Below are positions 54,225-64,000 of a stretch of DNA of 64,000 bases, one piece after another. A program made the position numbers and the translations under genes. Positions within the stretch are counted from its first letter, which is position 1, and each line of letters begins with the position of its first letter. The DNA is from Epiperipatus broadwayi. Its lineage: Eukaryota; Animalia; Onychophora. The stretch lies in NCBI GenBank assembly GCA_028023455.1, contig JAQFVV010000002.1:4030001-4094000 (forward strand), given 5' to 3'. The notes beneath the pieces were generated by a model that saw nothing but the letters and a program-made list of their open reading frames with translations, was not told where the DNA came from and searched no databases.

Positions 54225-55769
54225 CAGTGGTCTTCAACCTTTTCACACCTGCGGACCGGCAAAAATAAGGAGAAGATTTCGTGGACTGGCAGAAGTTTAC
54301 AGATAAATTTTCTTAATGATTTAACCTGCTTAGCCTTAGATGAGCATAACTCTTATAACTGACCAAAACAGCACACTAGTTATTGTGTATTGTAATGGTA
54401 TTTTTAAAAAAAGACAATGAAAGTTGAAAAAGTCAAAAGTTTTGATCTTATTTTAATTTTTTTTGGAGGGGGAGGAGTGGGCTGAAAAATATTTTGTCTT
54501 CACTGAGACAAAAGATAGAGACCAAAGTTATTTTTTGTTTGTTTTTATTTTTAAAAAAAGATAACAGAAATTGGTTTTAAAAATAAAAGTTTTACTATAT
54601 TAGTGATATACAAATAAAGCCCCAAAAAATATCGCCTTATAGGCCAAAAAAAAAGTGGATGTATTTTTAAACAAGAAAAAAAAAAAACGAAACCTGAAAA
54701 AGTCAAAAGTTTTGATCCTATTTTAATTTGGGGGTGGGGGTGGATTGAGAAATACTTTGTAAAAGTTAGAGACAGAAATTTTTTGGTTGTTTTTTTTAAA
54801 AAAGATGATAAAAATTGATTTCAAAAATAAAAGTTAAAGCCAAAAAAGGTCTTATTTTAATTTTTTTGGGAGGAGTGGGTTGAGAAATACTTTGTCTTCA
54901 CTGAGACAAAAGATAAAGACAAAAGTTATTTTTGGTTTGTTTTTATTTTTAAAAAAAGGTAATAAAAATTGGTTTAAAAATAAAAGTTTTAGTATATCAA
55001 AGATATACAAATAAAGGCAAAAAGATATCATAGGCCAAAAAAAAAGTGGCCATATTTTTAAACAAAAAAAAAAACAAAAACTGAAACTTAAAAAAGTCAA
55101 ACGTTTTGATCTTACTTTATTTTGGGGTGGGGGTATTGAGAAATACTTTGTAAAAGTTAGAGACAGAAGTCATTTTTTGGTTTTATTTTTTAAAAAAGGT
55201 AATAAAAATTGATTTCAAAAATAAAAGTTAAAGCCAAAAAAAAAATTGCCATATAGCCAAAAAAAAAAACACTAAAAATGAAATATTAAAAGACGGAGTA
55301 GAAAAAATTTAAGAGATCAAAAAAAGTCACTGTATTTTGAAAATTGCAGTCCAGTAATGTTACATTTTATTGTTTCAACACATAAACAACACTGACAAGT
55401 GGCCATAATTGGTTATCAAAAGACAAATGGAGTTTGTATAATAAAAAACTTTTTTTTTTTAATTTTGAATTTTTTTAGAAAAATAATAAAAAATTTAATT
55501 CTACCCTCCACCCCCCCCATAAACATCTGTGATAAATAGAAAAACAAATAAATTTATGTATGATTGATTAGATTTTGTTTTCGTTCTGTTTTTTTTTTTT
55601 TCATCGGGTAAAAATGCAATGAAAAATTAGATAAAAATTGTTTATATTAATTAAAAGTTTAAAATCTTATTATTTGGTTATTGCAAACTTTCTTGTCAGT
55701 CTAGCACGGACCGAAAGAAAACTTCTGCAGCCCGGTGCCGGTCTGTGGACTGAGAGTTGAAGACCACTG
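54225..55769. mobile_element. Non-autonomous hAT (Buster/Charlie-type) MITE, 1545 bp
   Basis: Perfect 14-bp TIRs CAGTGGTCTTCAAC (54225-54238) and GTTGAAGACCACTG (55756-55769). Perfect 8-bp TSD CTTTAATG (54217-54224 and 55770-55777) with central TA. Subterminal GCGGACCGGC-like motifs. No coding capacity. Confidence 0.95.
54428..55260 (+). repeat. Internal ABAB tandem repeat of the MITE (~410-bp higher-order unit)
   Basis: aaagtcaaa(a/c)gttttgatc(t/c)ta recurs at ~54430, ~54700 and ~55095, with a truncated start at ~54850. Long (~270-bp) and short (~150-bp) subunits alternate. Confidence 0.85.
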
Positions 55770-56380
55770 CTTTAATGGACAGGTTTCAATCCATCCAACA
55801 CTCCAACCCTTCAACTGTCCATTTAATTGAAAATCTGATAATGGAATGCTCAAATACCATCCTGAGGCCAAGATTCTTGTCACACCCATGTTGACTTAAA
55901 GCCAATCTGACCCCTCATGTGCAGGACATAATCCATTAAATACATATACAAGAGATGGGCATACATATCTACTATGTAATAACTAAAATAATAAGCTTGA
56001 ATTTTAGTTATTACATAGTAGAGATGTATGTCCATCCCTTGTATATACATTAAATGGATTATGTCCTGTAAATGAGAGGTCAGATTGACTTTAGGTCAAC
56101 ATTTCAGTTATTACATAGTAGAGATGTATGTCCATCCATTGTATATGTGTTAAATGAATTATGTTCTGTACATGAGGGGTCAGATTGACTTTAGGTCAAC
56201 ATGGGTGTGACAAGAATCTTGACCTCAGGGTGGCCTTTGAGCATTCCATTATCAGATTTTCAATTGGATGGATGGTTGAAGTGTTGGAGTGTGGAGTGGA
56301 TTGAAGGCTGTCCATTAAAGTATGAAGATTGGCTACCTTAATATATATCTGAACACTTATTGCATATATGTGTAGAAATG

Positions 56381-56439
56381 ATAATCTGGACCAACTGATG
56401 ATTGCTGGTTTAGCATGAAATATGTATATTGGTGATTAT
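56381..56439 (+). ncRNA. Type I hammerhead ribozyme (family B2)
   Basis: AUAAUC-UGG-ACCAA CUGAUGA UUGCU-GGUUU-AGCAU GAAA UAUGU AUA / UUGGU-GAUUAU. Core intact, U.U at the base of stem II. Predicted cut after 56428. Confidence 0.7.
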
Positions 56440-59400
56440 TTATCGTTTCGACATATATGTGTTCAAGTGTATCAGTGTTATGAGATAAAGTGGAGAGTGG
56501 TGGGTCATGTAAAAATCTGTGTTCATATACCCTATATATTACATATATTGATACAGGTATATAATAAGCCTATATTTTCAGTTATAGTCTTATTAACTAA
56601 GACAATTATAATAAGATTAAATACTTAATAATGATACAAAATCAATTAACCTAATATATTTTTCCACTTTCACTAACTTAAAATTTTATAAAATAAAACC
56701 ATCCTATTAAATAACCTTAAGATTTTTAAATGTCTAATCATAACAAAATATAAAATAAATGATAAATTTCTATTTGATGCTTACTCAAACATAATCGACA
56801 AATCATATCCAATCACTTCAGCTTAATATAGCTTGGTTATTAAAACTTTAAACTACAACTCTCAAAGCATATGAAAGATTGTTAGTGTTTATATAATCAA
56901 ATATTAACATTAAAATTTAATATTTAAACTGAATTTACAATTCTCATAGATGAACTTTAAATATAATTAAAGCAGATCACCATAATTTGTAACAGAATAA
57001 AATATATCACTTTAGGAGCTCTTACTGGAAAGTCATCCTCCTCTCACCTCTCACAGAATGGCTCTGAAAAGTTGGTTTTGCAGCAGTGAAAGGTGCCTTT
57101 TATATTTATTTGGCTCTTTAAACGCCTTATTTTGCTGCTAATGTACTCTTTAATTCACTAAATCTCAGTTTTAGTGTATTTTTAACACAATTTCCCTATG
57201 TCTACCTTGTGCTTATCAGCATTTAACTATCTCACCCCCCCCACCATGTTTGGTAGGTGGTTCAACTGTTTTATGGGCCACAAAGGGTGTTATTCCCTCT
57301 TAGATTCTTAAATATTTCTCCTACTACAATTTCCCTGTCACTCAGAACTTGTTTATAAAGTTTTTTTTTGTGTTTTGTTCCAGTTATTTAGGCCATTTTT
57401 AGCGATCTTTTTTTCCAGACCCCCCCCCTTCCTCTGGGGTAAATAACCGCCTAAAATTACACTCAATTTTCATATTACTCAATTCAAATTATTAATAACA
57501 AGTTTTCCAGTGTTTTTTTTTTTTGCTTTTACATCATAATACTACTTAATTTTTCCATTTCAAAATTGTTTTCTTCATATTACTTTTCATTCTTTCAAAC
57601 GGTTTAAAGATGGCCACTGCCCCTAGTGGAAAAAATGTGCAGAGTCCTAAACTACATGAACTAAAACCTTCAAAAATACCCAAATTTTATCCAAATTGTA
57701 TTTCAAACAAAACTTAACTAAAAACAGCATCACCAAAGAACTTATTTCAAAGTCTCCATCTTCTGGATTTTCCTCCCTTTCAGGCTGTGGTTTGCTCTAT
57801 CAAAGGTAAAAAGCAAGTGAAAAAGAACAACATGACTAATCATAATGTCACTCCAGGTACAATGGGGAAAAATAAAATTACTCATCTACAAAGGACACAA
57901 ATCAGTCTGTTGCATCTAAGCATAACTCAGAAATCTCATTCATCCCTGAAACCTCTAAAGATTTAACTTATAGCAATTCCTCCAAAGTTAATGTCACATA
58001 AGGAACTTCCTATCAATCCACCAGGGCAACCAAGCCTATTAACATTGCTCATTACCAAAGACTCTTCTTTGCCTGAACTACACTGTCTTTCCATATCCCC
58101 TTCCCATATTGTACTTGAATTTCATTTTGCCATGTAATCATCTCTTTGTAAACCTTTATATCACTAATTATCAGCTCTATAATTAAATAAGATTATGATT
58201 TTTATGACAATTTACTGACTTAATATAATATTCACTTTAATCAATAATTATTTTAAAATAAAATATATGAACATTTAATTGCAATTACCTTTAATCATCT
58301 TCAGTATTTATCATATTTGTACTTTTATCCATCATGATCTTTTTGAATTCCTAATATAAGTAATATACCTGAAGTTAACTTATAATCAATCAATCAATAA
58401 ATAAATACTTCAAATTAAATAATAATTATTATGCTATAAAATATAAATTCAAACTTAGGAAGACATAACTCATATTTAGATATATAAATAGATTACTATT
58501 TAACCTAAAATTATACTACTATTTTATCAATAAATACTATACATTTTAAATGAAGAAAAAAAATATATAGCAATGATAAATATAATCAAGCAATATGAGT
58601 AATAGTTTTTAAATACAGCATTTCCAAAATAGTGTCATAGTTCTAATGACTAATTCGTAAAACACAATCCAATGATGTTTCATTATTCCAGAGCATTTAT
58701 AAATATCAAGAAAAGCTATAAGATTCAAAGCACATTTTATTGATTCTGATATTTTCCAAGTATCCAAATCTTCTTTCATTTAGCAAATATTTTATCTATA
58801 TAATGTTATAAATGTTCAAACACTAATTTATATCCAAGATGATGCAATGAAGATATCCTTTCATTTAGCAAGTAATTAATTCATAAAACATTACAAGTAA
58901 ACAAATGCTAGTTTTATCCATGATAATGCTATGAAAATTGAACCAATTTTTATCTTGTTTATAAATAATACATCAAGCTCATATCATGATATCTGCAGAT
59001 AAACATAATCTTTGTGTACATTTTTCTATTGATAGCATTTAGACTTCATCACTGAAAAGTAGGTAATATTTGTTTTTTAAAGCAAAAAACATTTCATGAT
59101 TTTTAAAAATGCTAAGAATTAATTTTCATATTTTCAATAAATTCTCACTTCTCACAAATTTGATGATCCTATCAAGCAACTGATGAACATTATTGCTTTC
59201 ACCCCATCATTCTATCCATTTTATATTACATGAAGTAACTTAGATTAGTTTCTATTGAAGCCAAGATAAGAGAGAGTTTTTTTCTATTTAGTTCTATTTA
59301 TAACTTTTCTAATGGACATCAGAGTAACTATAGCAATACCCTTTATTAACGCATTGGTCAATTTTAACTAGCATCTCTCAAATAAAAATTTTATACAAGA

Positions 59401-59890
59401 ATAACAGCAAACAAAATAAATATTTTAGAATTATTACATATGACAAACATTGACATTTCTTAATACAAATACTATTCTTTCACTCTAACATAAATTAAAC
59501 AGTTGATAATACATTTTCACCATATAACACTGGAAATATATTTTCACATATATACCATTCCATTATATTCTACAAATAAAATAAATATATTTGAGATATT
59601 AAACATTTAGTGGTATTGTTTGTAATTTCCTATCACGAATGCAGTATTGAAAAAACATAAGAACAAAACAATAATAATTTTATCCAAACTATATGCCTTA
59701 TTATTCACATATTTATTTTTAAAATAAATAAAGTCAATTCACAATTTTTTTATATCAAAATTAATAATAAACATTTGTTTCTCCAATATTAAAACAGGCA
59801 AAACTCACTATATATATTGCCACACACAACAAGCTAGAGTAATCAATGGATGCCAGAAGGCTTGTGCATAAAATCCCCATCTAGTGCCTA

Positions 59891-59957
59891 CTCATCCAAT
59901 ATCCCCAGACTAGTTTCTGGCTTATGGCCTTCATCAGTGAGAAGCCTTGGATCTGAG
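59891..59957 (-). ncRNA. Type I hammerhead ribozyme (family A, best-preserved copy)
   Basis: Minus strand: CUC-AG-AUCCAA-GGC-UUCUCA CUGAUGA A-GGC-CAUAA-GCC-A GAAAC-UA-GUC / UGGGG-AUA-UUGGAU-GAG. Extended stem I with an internal loop; 2-bp stem III with palindromic ACUAGU. Predicted cut between 59908 and 59907. Confidence 0.8.
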
Positions 59958-60546
59958 AGCACTGCATCTAGATCTTAGGATCTAATGCAACCCTCCAGCA
60001 ACTACCTTTTATCTCCATTTAACTACAAAACTATGAGTCTTAATTTGAAAACACCATAATGTTTTCAATCCAAGCCCATTAGCTTATATAGTCATATGGG
60101 TCTGAACCCAGTTCAGTACCCATACATTTTGGTGGCTTTGGTTCTTTAATAACCACAGCTACCACTATCCTATTAGGCAGGATTGGTTTTAAGCCAATAA
60201 ACATCACATGACTACCTCTTATGCTTGTGTATAACTGTTGTTAAAACAGGCAAAAATCACTATATATATTGCCACACACAGCAAGCTTGATTAATCAATG
60301 GATGCCAGAAGGCCTGTTTTAACAACAGTTATACACAAGCATAAGAGGAGGTAGTCATGTGATGTTTATTGGCTTAAAACCAATCCTGCCTAATAGGATA
60401 GTGGTGGCTGTGGTTATTAAAGCACCAAAGACACCAAAATGTGGGCTTGGATTGAAAACATTAAGGTGTTTTCAATTTAAGACTCATAGTTTTGTAGTTA
60501 AATGGAGATAAAAGGTGTTTGCTGGAGGGTTGCATTAGATCCTAAG

Positions 60547-60600
60547 CTCCTCACTGATGAAGGCCATAAGCCAGAAACTAGTCTGGGAATATTGGATGAG
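60547..60600 (+). ncRNA. Type I hammerhead ribozyme (family A), core intact, distal stem I 5' strand partly deleted
   Basis: CUCCUCA CUGAUGA (60554-60560) AGGCCAUAAGCCA GAAAC UA GUC (60581-60583) / UGGGAAUAUUGGAUGAG. Confidence 0.7.
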
Positions 60601-63600
60601 TGGGCACTAGATGGGGATTTTATGCAAAGCCTTCTGGCATCCATTTATCACTCTAGCTTGCTGTGTGTGGCAATATATATAGTGAGTTTTTCCTGTTTTA
60701 ACAAGGTATATACAAGCATAAGAGGAGGTAGTCATGTGATGTTTATTGGTTTGTCCAATATTATATGTTGTCATAGCAACATAGTCCAATGCTGTCTGGG
60801 TTAATATATTCACTATTAAAATCAAACCAAATTTTTTTTTTTATAATTGACATTACACCGCATATTGAAATTTATTTCAAATGTCAGTAGGCACAATATA
60901 TATATATATGGTCATATAAACAATAAACATTTCGCTGCTGTTTATATCAATACACTATCTTCTATTATCAGTTTCATTTTGCAAAAGTGAATTCATTTAC
61001 ACATTCATTTATAGTTATTATAAGAATAATCAAACTGACAAGAGATATTAATTAGAGAGAATTTCCAAGCTTATTTAGTGGTTAACAAATCCTTATTAAA
61101 TATGGTAAATAAATTAATTTTCCATTGTTAATCAATTGCTAAATAGTTTAATATGTTGTGAGAAAATACCCAATTATTGAATATTATTTTTTATATATTT
61201 ATTAGTTGTTTATTTTTTCATAATTGTATTAATATGAATAGTAGTTAACTCTTTCTTGGTAAGTTAAATTATTTTCCATATTAAATGAGTCATTGTTAAA
61301 GTGAAGTCTACAATAAAAATGGCACGAGTTTATCATTTTCATGATCACATATTATTAGACACAGTATATTAAATATTATGCAGTTATATGTATGATAAGA
61401 CCTATAGTTGGATTTTTTTTCTAAAAAAAGTAAAATCAAAATATTTTTGTCAGTAAAAGTTTTAATGATTCGTTTCTGTAGTATTTAATAATTAAACTCT
61501 ATTAATTCATGAAGACCTTTTCTATTTGTAAATACCTTTGATTATTATATTTTTAAAATATCATATAAATATAGATTTGTATAAAAAGAGTATTAGTACT
61601 AAATAATAGTACTAATAAAAAGTGTGAAACTTTGAGAAATGATATATATATTAAACATTAATGTTATATATATTAAATATTTTCACAAATTTAGCTATTT
61701 CCATTTTTTATATAATAACTACAAGCTGAATATTAGAAATGTCTTGGATATTAAAAAAAGATATGTAATTGTTTAAAGTAAGCTTTAATGTTTTTTGAAG
61801 TGAGAAAATTTCATCAGTATGTTAAAATGTATGCCGTTGAAGTGCTTAGTTTTTCTAACAAGATAATGCGCTTTGTCTTTTCCAGACATAATTTCTTGTT
61901 AATGGTTAGATTTGACATTACTCTTAATAGGTTCTACAGATTTTTTATTAAAAAAGGTAAAACAGACATAAAATAAATTGTGAATCAAAAAAAATTTTCT
62001 GTAAACATTCAGATGTACACACACGCGCCTATGTATATATAAGCATTCCTACATTATATACATATATGTGTGTGTATGTATGAGCTTTATGATGTAAGAT
62101 AACTAATTATGATTCCACTATCTGCTTTCCTATCTGAATAAAATAAAACTTGGATATTTTTTAGCTTTCATTCAGGCTTAGGATATTTTTGTCAGGTAGT
62201 AACTAATGGAAAATCTATTTAACAATTCGATATTTCTTGGTAAATGAATATTGGCAAATAAATAATATCGGTATTTTCAATTTTTGCCATAAAGAGCTGA
62301 TGGAAAGTACCTATAGTGGATTATTTTTAAGATTGGTTAAAATAGGAGAAGGCACTTTGGAATAATTGTTTGCTGCAAATACCTGCTTTGCTTATGATTT
62401 CAGTTCATGTCAAATGAATGAACCTTAGAATTTTTTTATTATCGCAATCATTCTTGAGATGGCCAAATCCACAAATAACCTAGATAAACATATAGTTTAA
62501 ATTAATAAACACATATCTAACTATCATTAGTTGGAGGGCAAAGACCCCAGACTAAATTGAGTTGATCATTTGAATATTGATATTCTAATTTTTATAACAA
62601 AAAATATGACTATAATATAATGTACACTTCAGCATTGACAGAAGATATGCCATGTCTTTCTGAGTTCTAATTCTATAAGTTATTACTATGATAAAAATTA
62701 TATTTATAACAGGAACAATGATCAACACTAGATGAATAAAAATAATTATCCACATAAACAAGTAGAAATTGGACAATATGAAATGCAAACATGTGATGAT
62801 AAAACTCTTTAAATTATTTTTAATGTCAAATAAATATAAATGATACTGATAATTTTTATCATAGACTATGTATATAAATATAATTTTTGTTGACTAAGAA
62901 CTTGGGATAATGTGAGATCTGATTTCATACAAATGAAAATAGAGCCAATAATTTGAAAAATTAAAATATATATATATATATTAGTTAGATAATAAACCTG
63001 ATTTTGCACAATGCTAGATGATAACTGCCAAAACTTGTTTCCAAACCATGAATTTTCAATATGTTGTCAAGGCAATTTTTATAAGTGAAAACTAGATTCA
63101 AATTGTCTTGATTCATGGATTGGATAAGCTTTGCCATGTATATACATATAGTAATGGAATAAATGTGGATAATCCTGTTATTAATGCTTCATGAATTGGA
63201 TATGCCAAATTTGTACTGGAATAATAACTGGAGCAACTGAAATTAATAAGGCTACACAAATTGAGCAATAATTTTATCTAAGCCCTATATATACTTGGAT
63301 AAAGTTAAAATGTATTAATAATATTTATTTATTAAATAAATACCAATCTGACTGGATGCCAAAATACTAATAACCAAAACAAACTGCAATTTACTTAAAA
63401 TTTATAGCAGAATATATTAAAAATAGTTGATACTAGGCTTAATTTACAAAATAACCTTTTATATTATGTACTAAAATTTATAATGGTGTGGAATGATGAA
63501 ATAAAATCATTTAAACTTAACAATTCCATGTGAAGCTTGTATCAATAATTTATCAATAATTTATTGACTAGCTCTTTATGTTTGAATAATACTAAATAAT

Positions 63601-64000
63601 TCATTTTATTGAATCTTTATAAGATAAAGTATCAATAATATTTTCATAAAATAAATATCAAAATGTAAATATAGAATGATGATTTATTTATATCCAAATA
63701 ACAAATTGATATCTATGAAAACATTAGATTCACCTTTGATAATTGCTGAATTCCAATAAAGCATAAAATCTATATTATTTTGAGTAACTGCATAGAGACT
63801 TTGAATTATTATTGTTATATCATGCAATACTAAATTAAATAAAACTAGTCACTCAGATTAATATATACAACAATAATTTCATTTACAAAACAAATGAAAT
63901 ATATGTAATGAATAAAATAATAAGATATTATTTAATGTATTTAATAATTTGAAATAGATTATCCTATAATGTTCTGTTTGTTTTGCCTATAATATGATCC

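Larger units (their letters stand above)
53996..56583. mobile_element. Family B2 HHR repeat, fold-back locus; the left arm is interrupted by a hAT MITE
   Basis: Antisense arm 53996-54224 plus 55770-55987, short spacer, then sense arm 56004-56583 with a 99-bp tandem duplication (56004-56102 and 56103-56201). Possible aged TSD ata(c/g)tcttatt(g/a)a at 53986-53998 and 56584-56596. Confidence 0.88.
59789..60753. mobile_element. Family A HHR repeat, locus A4 (fold-back, both HHR cores intact)
   Basis: Antisense arm 59789-60312 (period 452 bp: 59789/60241), sense arm 60313-60753 with two internal deletions. Direct repeat tccaatatta at 59782-59791 and 60754-60763. Confidence 0.92.

Overview
Very AT-rich, CpG-depleted eukaryotic DNA (probably invertebrate animal). 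I cannot support any intact host gene, and the listed ORFs are chance ORFs, microsatellite or palindrome artefacts, or pieces of decayed transposons. The main signal is a set of dispersed non-coding repeats that each carry a type I hammerhead ribozyme (HHR) fold. Family A has a ~450-bp monomer and 4 loci. Family B has a ~440-450-bp monomer, subfamilies B1 and B2, and 4 loci. Family C has 2 fragments. Most A and B loci are head-to-tail partial multimers arranged as an antisense arm followed by a sense arm (fold-back), often with 10-13-bp target-site duplications (TSDs). This fits non-autonomous Penelope-like or retrozyme elements. The window also holds a decayed hAT Buster/Charlie transposase, an intact 1.5-kb hAT MITE with an 8-bp TSD nested in a B2 copy, several decayed LINEs (one a clear RTE 3' end), TG..CA LTR-like elements, a ~200-bp palindrome, local duplications and microsatellites. 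All calls are from reading the sequence by eye; no folding software or database search was run.
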